DNA of 64,000 bases from an uncultured Thermotogaceae bacterium. GTDB lineage: Bacteria; Thermotogota; Thermotogae; MWEM01. A program made the translations under genes and the position numbers. Each line of letters begins with the position of its first letter. Position 1 is the stretch's first letter. The notes under the pieces were generated by a model. The model worked only from the letters and a program-made list of their open reading frames with translations. It was not told where the DNA came from and searched no databases. Below are positions 1 through 11,695 of this stretch, one piece after another. The stretch lies in assembly GCA_964604305.1 (NCBI GenBank), contig CAZRYM010000002.1, positions 15,639 through 79,638 on the forward strand. Reading direction: 5' to 3'.

Positions 1-431
1 CACTTATAGAAAAGGTTGAGCAATCTGTCGATGTGGAAAAAGCCAAACAGATGGAAAAGAAGTTTAAGAAGGCTCAGTTTACGTTTGATGATTTTCTTGA
101 CCAATTAAAACAAATCCAGAAAATGGGATCTCTTTCATCGATATTGGGAATGCTCCCCGGGGCTAACAAAATCAAGAACCTGGATGTTGATGAAACAAGG
201 CTGAATCATATTTCCGCCATCATTCAATCCATGACAAAAAAAGAAAGAAAAAACCCTAAAATTATTACTTATTCAAGAAAAAAGCGAATAGCCAGCGGCA
301 GTGGACAGCAATTAGCGGAGGTAACAAGACTCCTAAAAAACTTTGAAGACATGAAAAAGATGATGAAAAAGATGAATAAAACGGGGATGAGAGGTTTTAA
401 AGGTCTTTCAGGAGGCGGGTTTCCGTTTTAG
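1..431 (+). CDS. ffh: Signal recognition particle protein Ffh, C-terminal M-domain; 5' end lies outside the window
   Basis: Frame is open from position 3; translation ...KAKQMEKKFKKAQFTFDDFLDQLKQIQKMGSL...MLPG is the typical methionine-rich Ffh M-domain; lies upstream of rpsP as in the conserved ffh-rpsP-rimM-trmD-rplS cluster. Confidence 0.85.
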   Translation, partial: LIEKVEQSVDVEKAKQMEKKFKKAQFTFDDFLDQLKQIQKMGSLSSILGMLPGANKIKNLDVDETRLNHISAIIQSMTKKERKNPKIITYSRKKRIASGSGQQLAEVTRLLKNFEDMKKMMKKMNKTGMRGFKGLSGGGFPF

Positions 432-491
432 ACTCACACACCAGCAGCAAAAAATAATGTGAAAAATAAACTCGAGGAGGTAAATTTTAAA

Positions 492-803
492 GTGGTAAGA
501 ATCAGATTAACCCGTATGGGTAAAAAGAAGATGCCATTCTACAGAGTGGTGGTTATTGATCAGAAAAAAAGAAGAGACGGCGCGTATATCGAGTCTTTAG
601 GGTTTTACGATCCCATAAGGGATCCGGCATTAACACGCGTTGATGTTGATAAGGCTGTTGATTGGCTGTTGAAAGGTGCTCAGCCAACAGAAACGGTGAG
701 AAGCCTTTTCAGAAAACACGGAGTCATGGATCGGTTCACCAAGGCGAAAAATGGAGCAGAAACGGTTCAAAAAGCCGAAGACGAGGTTGTTGAAGAAGAA
801 TGA
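492..803 (+). CDS. rpsP: 30S ribosomal protein S16
   Basis: [21 protein letters not shown]...YDP matches the S16 N-terminus; likely GTG start at 492 preceded by GGAGG (475-479); the ORF track starts at 459. Confidence 0.9.
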   Translation: MVRIRLTRMGKKKMPFYRVVVIDQKKRRDGAYIESLGFYDPIRDPALTRVDVDKAVDWLLKGAQPTETVRSLFRKHGVMDRFTKAKNGAETVQKAEDEVVEEE

Positions 804-1030
804 AGGAAGCACTCGAAACCATCGTAAAGGGTATTGTCAAAAACCCTAAAGAGGTTGACATCTTTGAAACAGAAGAAGAAGGAAACGTGGTGTTCGAGTT
901 GACATTAAACCCGGAAGATGTAGGACAAATTATAGGTAAAAACGGGAGAACCATCAAATCCATCAATATTTTGTTGAATTCCCTGGCGGGTGCGAAAAAC
1001 GAGAAGTTTATTTTGAAAGTAAAGCGGTGA
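800..1030 (+). CDS. KH-domain RNA-binding protein (YlqC/UPF0109 family)
   Basis: 76 aa with [11 protein letters not shown], the GXXG KH motif; ATGA overlap with rpsP; conserved position between rpsP and rimM. Confidence 0.8.
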   Translation: MKEALETIVKGIVKNPKEVDIFETEEEGNVVFELTLNPEDVGQIIGKNGRTIKSINILLNSLAGAKNEKFILKVKR

Positions 1031-1042
1031 AAAGAACGCGTC

Positions 1043-1609
1043 ATGATAACAGATTTAAGAAGTATCACTTCGGATAAAATTGCAATAGGTATTATAAAAA
1101 GTTCTCACGGTTTAAAGGGTGAGGTAAAGGTTAAGGTCTATACCAATTACCTGTCGGTCTTTGAAAGGGATATAGATTATCTACTTTATAATAGCGATAA
1201 AAAGAGACATTTGATCGTAAAGATGCATACTATCAAAAATTCCGGAAAACACTTGATTATCCATTTTGAAGGTTTTAACAGTATTGAGGATGCAAATAAG
1301 ATTGCCGGATTTGAGATTTATACTGCTCTTGATCAATTGCCTGAGAATGATGAGGATGGATATTATTATTATCAGTTATACGATTGTAAAGTGATTGATG
1401 AAGATGATCATCCCGTAGGTCGTGTTGTTGATGTTATTGAAACAGGTGGGTCGGATGTCCTTTCGATATTTCCTGAAAACTGTGATGTTAAAGAGGAATC
1501 TGAGAAAGAGATTATGATTCCCGTTGTTCGTGACTTCATCATTTACCTGGACAAAGAACGAAAAATCATAAAAGTGCGTTTGCCAAAGTATCATCAAAGG
1601 AATGTTTAA
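1043..1609 (+). CDS. rimM: 16S rRNA processing protein RimM
   Basis: IGIIKSSHGLKGEVKVKVYTN matches the RimM N-terminal beta-barrel; sits in the rimM-trmD context. Confidence 0.85.
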   Translation: MITDLRSITSDKIAIGIIKSSHGLKGEVKVKVYTNYLSVFERDIDYLLYNSDKKRHLIVKMHTIKNSGKHLIIHFEGFNSIEDANKIAGFEIYTALDQLPENDEDGYYYYQLYDCKVIDEDDHPVGRVVDVIETGGSDVLSIFPENCDVKEESEKEIMIPVVRDFIIYLDKERKIIKVRLPKYHQRNV

Positions 1610-1611
1610 GG

Positions 1612-2920
<1,309 letters not shown>

Positions 2921-2989
2921 TCAAATTTGAAACGGGAAAATGAAAAAAAGAAATATGAATAATAAAATAAAAGCAAGGAGGTTACAATT

Positions 2990-3346
2990 ATGTCGGATGC
3001 TCTCATACGTGCAATAGAACAGCCGGATTATAAAACAATTACACCCTTCAGGATTGGAGACACGATCAGAGTTCATCAAAAGATTAAAGAGGGGAACAAA
3101 GAAAGAATTCAGAAATTTGAAGGAATCGTTATTCAAAGGCGTGGCGGCGGATTGGGTAAAACCTTTACCGTTAGAAAAATAGGTGCCAACGGTGTCGGAG
3201 TGGAAAAGATTTATCCTTTTAATTCACCTTCAATTGAAAAGGTTGAGGTTGTGAAGACCGGTAAGGTAAGAAGGGCGAAAATATTCTACATCAGGGATAT
3301 CGTCGGAGTGGTTAAAATCAAAGAAAGAAGAAAGAGAAAGAGATAA
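2990..3346 (+). CDS. rplS: 50S ribosomal protein L19
   Basis: [28 protein letters not shown]...[13 protein letters not shown]; RBS AAGGAGG upstream. Confidence 0.9.
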   Translation: MSDALIRAIEQPDYKTITPFRIGDTIRVHQKIKEGNKERIQKFEGIVIQRRGGGLGKTFTVRKIGANGVGVEKIYPFNSPSIEKVEVVKTGKVRRAKIFYIRDIVGVVKIKERRKRKR

Positions 3347-3361
3347 AGATCAATCGTTTAA

Positions 3362-3382
3362 GGGAACCCGGGATGGGTTCCC
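3362..3382 (+). other. Perfect 8-bp GC-rich hairpin (GGGAACCC-gggat-GGGTTCCC) between rplS and lepB, with no U-tract
   Basis: The inverted repeat is visible directly; it is not followed by a T-run, so it is not a canonical intrinsic terminator. Confidence 0.3.
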
Positions 3383-3409
3383 GCTTCCATTACAGGGGCT
3401 GATATTACC

Positions 3410-4246
3410 ATGAATAAAAAAAAGACATCAATCAAGGAAAAGGCAAAACAGGAAACCGTTGAATGGGTAAAGGCGTTGATATATGCCGTTATTGCCGTTG
3501 TTATCATAAGACTTTTTGTTTTTGAAACGATGATGGTGCCAACAGAATCGATGGTTCCCACAATTATCCCTCAGGATCGTTTGTTTGTTGAACGTATCAC
3601 TTATCAGGCCAGAGAACCGGAATATGGAGAAGTTGTTGTATTTTGGACCCCTTTTGTCGATAAAGAAGCTCAAAAGATGCTCAGAGCATTTGATCATTTT
3701 ATGGATATGTTTTCTCCAAAGGAATTCCAGGGACATGTGAAATATGTAAAACGGTTGATTGGAAAACCGGGCGATGTTGTGGAATTGTCACAAAACATCG
3801 GTGGCAGTGGTTACAGAGTGGTTATCAACGGACAAACCCCGGATCTTTTAAAGGACATTAATTATGAACGTGCAGCTATTTTTACAGATCCCAATTTTTA
3901 TAGAAAAATGGCTTTTCCTAAAGAATACCCTTACCTGAGTGCACAGGAAAAAAATCTCTTTAATTATTACAATGAGGCTTTGGATTACGAAATAGCATAT
4001 GAAGAGGTTTTTGGTAAATTGGAAGTTGAAGAATATGCCTGGTACGATAAAGACAGCGGAAAAGTAAAGATCAAGGTACCCGACGGGTTGTATTTTTTCA
4101 TGGGTGATAATTCAGCACATAGTTTTGACGGCAGGTATTTCGGATTTGTACCCGAAAAGAATATTGTTGGAGGCCCGCTTTTGATCTTTTGGCCATTAAA
4201 TCATTTTGGTCCAATAAACAAAGATGTGAAGCCAAATGGAGGATAA
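3410..4246 (+). CDS. lepB: Signal peptidase I
   Basis: N-terminal TM segment; SM(V)PT catalytic Ser box; KRLIGKPGD; GDNSxxSxDGRYFG box E. Confidence 0.85.
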   Translation: MNKKKTSIKEKAKQETVEWVKALIYAVIAVVIIRLFVFETMMVPTESMVPTIIPQDRLFVERITYQAREPEYGEVVVFWTPFVDKEAQKMLRAFDHFMDMFSPKEFQGHVKYVKRLIGKPGDVVELSQNIGGSGYRVVINGQTPDLLKDINYERAAIFTDPNFYRKMAFPKEYPYLSAQEKNLFNYYNEALDYEIAYEEVFGKLEVEEYAWYDKDSGKVKIKVPDGLYFFMGDNSAHSFDGRYFGFVPEKNIVGGPLLIFWPLNHFGPINKDVKPNGG

Positions 4247-5090
4247 ATGGTATCCCGGTCATATAGCAAAGGCTAAACGGAGAATCGGCGAAAAGGTAAA
4301 GGCCGTTAATGCGGTCATAGAAATGATTGATGCCAGAATTCCCCATTCGGGAAGAGCTTATGAGTGGCGTAAATTATTTCATAACAAATATACAATCATC
4401 CTGTTGACTAAAAGTGATTTAGCAGATCAAGAAGTGACAGAAAAATGGAACCGGTATTACAAAAAACAGGGCATCATGTGCCTGTCTGTTTCCTTAAAGG
4501 AAGATCCTGCGAAGATAAAGAAAAGACTTTTTCAGATCAAAGCAGGTATACCCTCTAAATCTCCTTTTAAAAGGGCCATGATTACCGGTATTCCAAATGT
4601 TGGAAAATCAACTCTCATAAATAAAATCTTGAATAAAAAGAGTATGCGAACAGGAAATACACCGGGTGTTACAAAAGGTCTTCAATGGATAAATGTCAGC
4701 GATGATTTTCTTCTCCTTGATACACCGGGTATCCTGTATTCTAACCTCTTCAGTGATGCAATAAAGTATAAATTACTTCTTACTGCAGGAATAAAATCAA
4801 CACCGGATATCATCGATTCTGCACTTGTCTTTGGAATTAGAATTTTGATCGAGAATTATCCCGAGATTCCCTTCAAAATCTTTGGAGAGCATTTCAACCC
4901 TGAGGAAATTGATATCGCTAAAGTCTATGAAAAGCTTTGTCAGAGGAGAGGGTTTTTATTGACGAAAGGTGAACCGGATCTTCAAAGGGCTAGAACGATA
5001 TTCCTAAAAATGTTTCAAGACGGTACAATTGGCCGAATAAGTCTCGAAACACCGGAATTGTTAGATTCTCAAACAGACGAAACATCTTGA
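4236..5090 (+). CDS. rbgA: Ribosome biogenesis GTPase A (YlqF/RbgA)
   Basis: WYPGHIAKAKRR N-terminus; circularly permuted GTPase with TKSDL before GIPNVGKST; DTPGIL. Confidence 0.85.
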   Translation: MEDKWYPGHIAKAKRRIGEKVKAVNAVIEMIDARIPHSGRAYEWRKLFHNKYTIILLTKSDLADQEVTEKWNRYYKKQGIMCLSVSLKEDPAKIKKRLFQIKAGIPSKSPFKRAMITGIPNVGKSTLINKILNKKSMRTGNTPGVTKGLQWINVSDDFLLLDTPGILYSNLFSDAIKYKLLLTAGIKSTPDIIDSALVFGIRILIENYPEIPFKIFGEHFNPEEIDIAKVYEKLCQRRGFLLTKGEPDLQRARTIFLKMFQDGTIGRISLETPELLDSQTDETS

Positions 5091-5092
5091 TT

Positions 5093-5101
5093 ATGTTATA
5101 A
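5093..5101 (+). promoter_or_regulatory. Extended -10 promoter element (TGtTATAAT) upstream of the CheY-like gene
   Basis: tgttataat lies about 24 nt upstream of the ATG, followed by RBS AGGAGGTG. Confidence 0.3.
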
Positions 5102-5124
5102 TCAACTTTTGTAGGAGGTGGAAT

Positions 5125-5502
5125 ATGAAATTTTTGATAGTCGAAGATGATCCCATAACAACGAAGATGTTAAGAACAGTGTTATCGGAATACGGGGAAT
5201 GCGATTGCGCAGACAATGGAATCGAAGGGTTGGATATGGTGATTGAAGCCGGTGCGAAAAATGAACCTTATGATATGGTAACATTGGATATCATGATGCC
5301 AAGAATGGATGGGCATGATGTACTTGCAAGGATCAAAAGGCTTAGAAAAAACAATTCACCAAAAGTAGTCATGATCACAGCTCTTGGTGATAAAAAGAAT
5401 ATTCAAAAAAGTTATGTTCGCGGATGTGATGGGTACCTGATTAAACCCATCGAAAAAGAGGCAATCAAAACAAAACTAAAATCGCTTGAATTGATTGATT
5501 AA
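5125..5502 (+). CDS. Single-domain CheY-like response regulator (receiver only)
   Basis: FLIVEDDP...DMVTLDIMMPRMDG...YLIKP; receiver-domain Asp and Lys signatures; no output domain. Confidence 0.8.
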   Translation: MKFLIVEDDPITTKMLRTVLSEYGECDCADNGIEGLDMVIEAGAKNEPYDMVTLDIMMPRMDGHDVLARIKRLRKNNSPKVVMITALGDKKNIQKSYVRGCDGYLIKPIEKEAIKTKLKSLELID

Positions 5503-5507
5503 ACCAC

Positions 5508-7079
5508 TTATTGTTTTTTGTATCCACCACCACCAGGTGTTTCTATTCTCAGTTTATCCCCATTTTTTAGAAAAAGGTTAAACTTGCCCGATAGTAATTG
5601 TTCGGTTTTGTCTTTCCGGAGTAATTTATTTTTACCGGTCTTTCCGCTATTTCCTCCAAGCAACCCATAAGGAGAATATCTTCTTCTCTCACTCAGCATC
5701 GTGCATTCGGCATCATTTAAAAGGGTGAATTCTCTTATCAAACCATCTCCGCCATTATGCATTCCTTTTCCTCCGCTGTTACGGCGAATGGCATATTTGC
5801 TGATTCTAAAAGGATATTCATATTCTATGGCCTCTATAGGTGTGTTAAGCGTATTCGTCATATGAGATTGGATTGCATTTTCACCGTCTGTTATTGAGCT
5901 GGCTCCCGTGCCTCCTCCCATAGTTTCATAATAAGCAAAGGCCTGTCCTGTGTTCTGTTCTGTACCGCCAATTGTAAGATTATTCATGGTTCCCTGACTT
6001 GCTGCAGGAATTCTCTCAGGAATAGCCTTAGAAAGGGCTCCCAGAAGACAGTCGACAATCCGTTGAGATGTTTCCACGTTGCCCCCTGCAACAGCTGCGG
6101 GATAGGTAGCATCCACTATGGTGCCTTTTTCAGTTATGATCTTCAAAGGATTCATGCAACCGGCATTCGTCGGTATGTTTTCCCTGACCAAACACCTGAA
6201 GACGTAAAGACAGGCAGAGGCTGTGATGGCATAAACGGCGTTTACACTTCCCTGGACTTGTATTGAACTACCTGTGAAATCGATAGTGGCCTGATCTCCA
6301 TTTATTTTAACAACGGTTTTGATCAAAATCGGTTCTTTTTCAACTCCGTCTGAATCCAAAAAATCCTGAAATTTGTAATTCCCATCCGGAATCTTGTCAA
6401 GTGTTTGCCTCATAATCCGTTCAGAATAATCCATCAGCGCATTGGAATACTCGACGGTACTTACATAGCCGTTTTTATCTATGAGTTCGTTAATTCTTCG
6501 AATTCCTGTTTGGTTTGCCATAAACTGAGCCGCAAAATCCCCTTGTCTTTCGATTCGCGTTCTTACGTTGCTTAGTATAAGGTTCATTAAGCCATCATCG
6601 ATCCGATTTGCTTTAATAATTTTCAATGCGGGGATGATGAGACCTTCCTGATAAATAGTCCTTGACAGGGGCATGGAACCTGCGCTCATGCCTCCAATAT
6701 CAGCATGATGTGCTCTGTTTGCGATGTAAAACAACGGGTGTTCGCCATGTTCTTTGGTGAAAACCGGCGCTACAATGGTTACATCCGGAAGATGGGTACC
6801 GCCTTTAAATGGATCGTTTAGAATGATCATATCACCCGGATCCATCTGAATATCATTTATGGCAGCTTTAACAGACATGGGCATAGAGCCAAGATGAACC
6901 GGTATATGTGCCGCTTGTGTAAGCATATCCCCCGATGCATTAAAGATGGCACATGAATAATCTCTTCTTTCTTTAATATTGGGTGAAAACGCGGTTCTGT
7001 TTAGTGTGACGCCCATTTCTTCTGCTACGGCAGAAAATTTGTTTTTGAATATTTCCAATTTTATCGGATCAGCGATCAT
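5508..7079 (-). CDS. hyuB: Hydantoinase B/oxoprolinase family protein (HyuB-like)
   Basis: 523 aa; MIADPIKLEIFKNKF... is the typical HyuB N-terminus; overlaps the hyuA stop (ATGA). Confidence 0.8.
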   Translation of the reverse strand: MIADPIKLEIFKNKFSAVAEEMGVTLNRTAFSPNIKERRDYSCAIFNASGDMLTQAAHIPVHLGSMPMSVKAAINDIQMDPGDMIILNDPFKGGTHLPDVTIVAPVFTKEHGEHPLFYIANRAHHADIGGMSAGSMPLSRTIYQEGLIIPALKIIKANRIDDGLMNLILSNVRTRIERQGDFAAQFMANQTGIRRINELIDKNGYVSTVEYSNALMDYSERIMRQTLDKIPDGNYKFQDFLDSDGVEKEPILIKTVVKINGDQATIDFTGSSIQVQGSVNAVYAITASACLYVFRCLVRENIPTNAGCMNPLKIITEKGTIVDATYPAAVAGGNVETSQRIVDCLLGALSKAIPERIPAASQGTMNNLTIGGTEQNTGQAFAYYETMGGGTGASSITDGENAIQSHMTNTLNTPIEAIEYEYPFRISKYAIRRNSGGKGMHNGGDGLIREFTLLNDAECTMLSERRRYSPYGLLGGNSGKTGKNKLLRKDKTEQLLSGKFNLFLKNGDKLRIETPGGGGYKKQ

Positions 7080-9064
7080 ATATAGCCCCCCAATTTCTTC
7101 TCCACTATCAGATTGTCATATGCGTCAACGGTGAGGGTTCTTGAAGGTGGAATAACGATAGTTGAAGAATACTCCACCAGGATAAGCGGACCATTCAAAA
7201 CATTCCCGAAATGTAATTTGTTTCTTTCTATAACATCGGTTGTGACCATTAATCCGTCAAACACACAATCAGTGGTGAGTAAAACAGCTTCTTCATTCAC
7301 CGGCTTTTTTGGATGATTCTTTTTTTCCATAACCGGTTTTTCTTTTTTTCCATAAGCCCTTATTCTGACGTTTACTACTTCAACATCTTTATCTTTGTTG
7401 TAGTATCCATAACGCTTTTCATGTGCTCTGTCGAAGGCATTCCTGATATCTTCTCCGTAATCAACAATCAATTCATAAGATTGACCTTTGTATCTCATGT
7501 CTAAAAATCTGCTGATGAGGACATCTTCCGGCCTAATTTCTTCAAAAGCAAGATCTTGAGTCGCTTTTTTTTGTAAATTCGAAAATTCACCCTCCAGTGT
7601 TTCTTTAGCAACCGGACAGTCTACCATGATTGTTTTTGAGTAGTCTCGAATGCAATCAGCAAGGAGCATCCCCTTTGCTGATAAAATGCCGGGATCTTTC
7701 GGGACCAGTACACGGGGTATATTCAACAGGTCTGCCAGAAAACAGGCATGCATACCTCCGGCTCCACCAAAAGAACATAAGGTAAAATCAGAAGGATCGA
7801 ATCCCCTGTCTACAGAGATGACTCTGATTGCCTTTTCCATAACTGCATTTGCAATATCACAGATCCCTTCTGCAAGTTTGACCTTAGTCAATCCCGTTTC
7901 TTGTGAAAGGTTTGAGAAATAACGTTCCAATCGGGCTTTAGCCAAGGGCATTGCCCCTCCCAAAAACCGGTCAGGAATCAGCCTTCCCAGAAAAAGATTT
8001 GCATCGGTTACTGTAATCTCTTCACCTGTTCCATAACAAATAGGACCTGGATCAGCACCGGCACTGAGTGGTCCAACTTTTAGTGCGCCACCTTTGTCAA
8101 TATGTGCAATGGACCCACCACCAGCGCCAACGGTGTGTATTTCAATCATTGGAACTTTAAGCGGATAGTTTGAAACAGTTGATTCTACGTTTATGGGTAG
8201 TTCGCCATTGATAAGGGATACATCAGTGGATGTACCTCCCATATCGAAAGAGATGATTTGTTCATAACCAGCAATTTTGGATATCTCAAAGGCACCAACG
8301 GCTCCACCTGCAGGCCCTGATAAAATAGTTCTTACAGGCTCCCTTGCAGCTGTAAAGGAGCTTATTCTCCCCCCATTTGATTGCATAATAATAAGGTTTT
8401 TTTCGCCAATATTCCTTTCAAGTTCACCGATATACTTGCGCATGACCGGTTGTACATAAGCATTGACGACAGTTGTGGAGCAACGTTCAAATTCCCTGAA
8501 TTCAGGCATGATTTCATGAGATAAAGAACAGGCAATACTGTTTTTGCAGATTTCATAGATTACATCTCTCATAGCTTGTTCATGCGTTGGATTTACAAAG
8601 GAGAACAAGAAGCAAACGGCTACGGATTCAACCCCCAGCTCATCTAATCTTTTTGCCACTTTTTTTGCGCTGGCTAAATCAAAAGGTTCTATGATTTCTC
8701 CGTTTTTAGATATCCTCCCCGGAACACCAAACCGCAGTTCGCTTTCTATAAGATGCTTTGGCCTGTTAACAAAAAGATTATACAATTCCGGTCGATTTTG
8801 TCGCCCAATTTCAATAATATCTTCAAAGCCTTTATTCATAATTACAGCAGTTTTAGCGCCTTTTCTTTCCAAAACAGCGTTCGTTGCAACTGTTGAACCG
8901 TGGATTAGTTCATTCAAAGTCCCTTGGCTTATGATTTTTGTCCCTTTTAGTACTGCTTTTGCAGGATTTTCAGGAGTCGACAAGAGCTTTAAAATCTCAA
9001 ATTTACCTTCTTTAGTATAGACAAAATCGGTGAAGGTTCCACCCGTATCAGCACTAATTATCAT
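7076..9064 (-). CDS. hyuA: Hydantoinase A/oxoprolinase family protein (HyuA-like)
   Basis: 662 aa; MIISADTGGTFTDFV N-terminus of the hydantoinase/oxoprolinase family; ASKHT-fold ATPase motifs. Confidence 0.8.
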   Translation of the reverse strand: MIISADTGGTFTDFVYTKEGKFEILKLLSTPENPAKAVLKGTKIISQGTLNELIHGSTVATNAVLERKGAKTAVIMNKGFEDIIEIGRQNRPELYNLFVNRPKHLIESELRFGVPGRISKNGEIIEPFDLASAKKVAKRLDELGVESVAVCFLFSFVNPTHEQAMRDVIYEICKNSIACSLSHEIMPEFREFERCSTTVVNAYVQPVMRKYIGELERNIGEKNLIIMQSNGGRISSFTAAREPVRTILSGPAGGAVGAFEISKIAGYEQIISFDMGGTSTDVSLINGELPINVESTVSNYPLKVPMIEIHTVGAGGGSIAHIDKGGALKVGPLSAGADPGPICYGTGEEITVTDANLFLGRLIPDRFLGGAMPLAKARLERYFSNLSQETGLTKVKLAEGICDIANAVMEKAIRVISVDRGFDPSDFTLCSFGGAGGMHACFLADLLNIPRVLVPKDPGILSAKGMLLADCIRDYSKTIMVDCPVAKETLEGEFSNLQKKATQDLAFEEIRPEDVLISRFLDMRYKGQSYELIVDYGEDIRNAFDRAHEKRYGYYNKDKDVEVVNVRIRAYGKKEKPVMEKKNHPKKPVNEEAVLLTTDCVFDGLMVTTDVIERNKLHFGNVLNGPLILVEYSSTIVIPPSRTLTVDAYDNLIVEKKLGGYI

Positions 9065-9708
9065 ATTACGGCCTCGATGGCCTCTTTTGCTTCTTTGAGA
9101 GATTGGACAAGCTTATCTGATTGGGAAAGATCTTGAGATCCATCATCACTTTGAAAACCTATTACATACATCCCTGCTTTTTTACCACCCTTTACGCCAT
9201 TTGAAGAATCTTCAATAACGATACATTCATTAGAGTTCAAGGACAAATTTCTTGCAGCCTGCAAAAATATGTCCGGTGCGGGTTTTGAATGATTTATGTG
9301 ATTGCCGCAAACAACCGTTTCAAAATAATCCAGGATGAAGAGTTTTTCAAGAATAAGCAAGACGAATTTTTCATCAGTTGAAGAGGCAACGGCTAATTTC
9401 AACCCCCTTTTTCTCGTCCATTTTAAAAGTTCGTAAAGATGTTCCATAGGATGTAAGTCTGCAGATTCAAAATAATTCATATGAACTTCTTCTCGAATTG
9501 CATTCATTTCACCGATGGTTTGATCTAGAAAAAACCGTTCTTTCAAATCTCCCAACATTTTTTCATCTGTCGTTCCCACGAACTGAGAATATTCTTCTTC
9601 GCTTAAAGAAAAGCCCAGCCTTGAAAAAACCTCATTATTTAATTGTCTATAAATCGGTTCGCTGTCAATGAGAACGCCATCCATATCGAATATTAAGCCT
9701 TTTATCAT
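9061..9708 (-). CDS. HAD-IA family hydrolase (beta-phosphoglucomutase/phosphatase-like)
   Basis: LIFDMDGVLIDSEP motif I; K...SS/T motif II; RBS AGGAGG; 4-bp overlap with hyuA. Confidence 0.8.
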   Translation of the reverse strand: MIKGLIFDMDGVLIDSEPIYRQLNNEVFSRLGFSLSEEEYSQFVGTTDEKMLGDLKERFFLDQTIGEMNAIREEVHMNYFESADLHPMEHLYELLKWTRKRGLKLAVASSTDEKFVLLILEKLFILDYFETVVCGNHINHSKPAPDIFLQAARNLSLNSNECIVIEDSSNGVKGGKKAGMYVIGFQSDDGSQDLSQSDKLVQSLKEAKEAIEAVI

Positions 9709-9794
9709 AAATACCTCCTGTCATCATTTACTGGAACGATTATAACAAAAAAAGTCTAAACCACCGTATGATGTCAGGAAGTTTTTTTTACTAA

Positions 9795-10721
9795 TCACAA
9801 AAGGGCTTTGAATGTTTGTTGCGTTTGTTCTCTAATAATCTCAACAGAGTGAAAAAAATGGGTGTTTTCTTCTTCTGAAAGTGATAAACTGATACTTCTT
9901 TCTATTCCGTTTTTCCCCACTACGCTGGGATAACCAATATAAATATCCTGAAAAGGAGAGGATAAGGTAAGAATTCGTTTCTCGTCATTTGCAATTGTTT
10001 GTACTATATGTGCTGTGGCTGATGCTATGGCAAAATTAGTTGCCCCTTTTTTATTGATTATTTCGTATGCAGCATTTTTTGTCTGTTCAAATAACCCTTC
10101 AAGGCACGATTCGCATCTATCAGGATTTGAACATTCTTGGCTGTAAGCACTGATTGGAATACCTCCGATTTTAGCTTGAGACCAAACAGCAACTTCTGAA
10201 TCACCATGTTCTCCAATGATATAAACATGTGCGTTCGAAGCAGAAATGGCACAATTTTTAGAGATTAGCGATCTTAAACGCATTGTATCGAGAACTGTTC
10301 CTGAGCCAACTACTCTGTTTTTGTTCAGTCCGGTCTCTTTTTGAACAACTGCCGTCATAATATCTACAGGATTGGTTAAAACAAGAATAATTGGGTTTTC
10401 ACAGTATTCTTTGATTTTTTTTGCTATTGATATCATTATTTTTGCATTTTTTTCAGAAAGTTCTAATCTTGTTTCACCTTCCTTTTGGGCTGAACCGGCA
10501 GAGATAATCACAATATCACTGTTTTTTAACAATTCAAAACTTCCGGCTTTTACCTTTGTTCTTCTGTAAAAAGGGGTGGAATGCATTAGATCCATTGCTT
10601 CGCCTTTAGCTAATTCCGAATTAATATCGATTAATACAAGTTCAGAAGCAATTCCCTTTTCCAAAATCGAAAACATTGTCGTAGAGCCTACTTTTCCGGC
10701 TCCAATCATACTTATTTTCAT
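9795..10721 (-). CDS. ldh: L-lactate dehydrogenase (LDH/MDH family)
   Basis: MKISMIGAGKVG Rossmann motif; ...IVIISAG...; LTNPVDI; catalytic IGEHGDS. Confidence 0.85.
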   Translation of the reverse strand: MKISMIGAGKVGSTTMFSILEKGIASELVLIDINSELAKGEAMDLMHSTPFYRRTKVKAGSFELLKNSDIVIISAGSAQKEGETRLELSEKNAKIMISIAKKIKEYCENPIILVLTNPVDIMTAVVQKETGLNKNRVVGSGTVLDTMRLRSLISKNCAISASNAHVYIIGEHGDSEVAVWSQAKIGGIPISAYSQECSNPDRCESCLEGLFEQTKNAAYEIINKKGATNFAIASATAHIVQTIANDEKRILTLSSPFQDIYIGYPSVVGKNGIERSISLSLSEEENTHFFHSVEIIREQTQQTFKALL

Positions 10722-10826
10722 ATTACCACCTCAGCAATTAGACGTATGATGTTATAATAATATTATACGATAGATTAAATTTAAAGATGAATGGAGAAGA
10801 AAATTAAGAAAAAAGGGGTGTTAATC

Positions 10827-11675
10827 ATGAAAAAAAGGATTCTTGGAAGAACGGGTGAAGCGTTGTCTATTATAGGATTTGGCGGCATACTAGTCATGGA
10901 TGAGTCCTCCGGTGAATCGGAAAGGCTGGTAAAAAATGCCATAGATCGTGGTATTAATTATTTTGATGTGGCTCCGAATTACGGGAATGCACAGGAGATG
11001 CTTGGACCGGCTTTAAAACCTTATCGGAAAGATGTTTTTCTTGCCTGTAAATCCGAATTAAGGGATTATGATGGTGTGATGAGTGATTTCAGTGAATCAC
11101 TGAAATTACTCGAAACGGATCATATTGATCTGTATCAGCTTCATGCCGTTACAACAGAAGATGATGTGGAAAGAATTTTATCGAAAGATGGAGCCCTTAA
11201 AGCATTTAAAGAATTAAGAGACAGGGGAGCAATTAAATATATTGGATTTTCAGCTCACACTGAAGAAGCCGCTTTAAGACTTTTGGATAGCTTTGATTTT
11301 GATACAATCCTTTTTCCGTTTAATTGGGTGACCTGGAACAAAAACAATTTCGGAAAAAAACTAATGAAAGTTGCACAGGAGAGGAACCTGGGCATACTTG
11401 CATTAAAAGCGCTTGCGAAAAGGGCATTGGCAAAGGGTGAAAAGAAAGTCTATCCAAAATCCTGGTATTATCCGGTAGATACCTTTGAAGAGGCCCAGAT
11501 GGCTTTGAGGTTTACATTGTCATTACCAGTTACTGCAGCGGTCACACCCGGTCATGAACGTTTTTTTGATTGGGCCTGTGAAATAGCTGAAGATTATAAT
11601 CCCATAACAAGTGAAGAGATTGAGGTGTTAAAACAAAAAGCTATGGCATTAAAACCAATCTTTCCGGAGGATTGA
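10827..11675 (+). CDS. Aldo/keto reductase
   Basis: MKKRILGRTGE...IGFG...INYFDVAPNYG is the AKR signature; the likely start at 10827 has an RBS; the ORF track starts at 10791. Confidence 0.8.
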   Translation: MKKRILGRTGEALSIIGFGGILVMDESSGESERLVKNAIDRGINYFDVAPNYGNAQEMLGPALKPYRKDVFLACKSELRDYDGVMSDFSESLKLLETDHIDLYQLHAVTTEDDVERILSKDGALKAFKELRDRGAIKYIGFSAHTEEAALRLLDSFDFDTILFPFNWVTWNKNNFGKKLMKVAQERNLGILALKALAKRALAKGEKKVYPKSWYYPVDTFEEAQMALRFTLSLPVTAAVTPGHERFFDWACEIAEDYNPITSEEIEVLKQKAMALKPIFPED

Positions 11676-11695
11676 GCTTTTTGTAACACTTATAT

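Noticed and set aside
7113-7504. Two small plus-strand ORFs (67 and 63 aa)
   Set aside because: Embedded antisense in hyuA; low-complexity Phe-rich translation; spurious.
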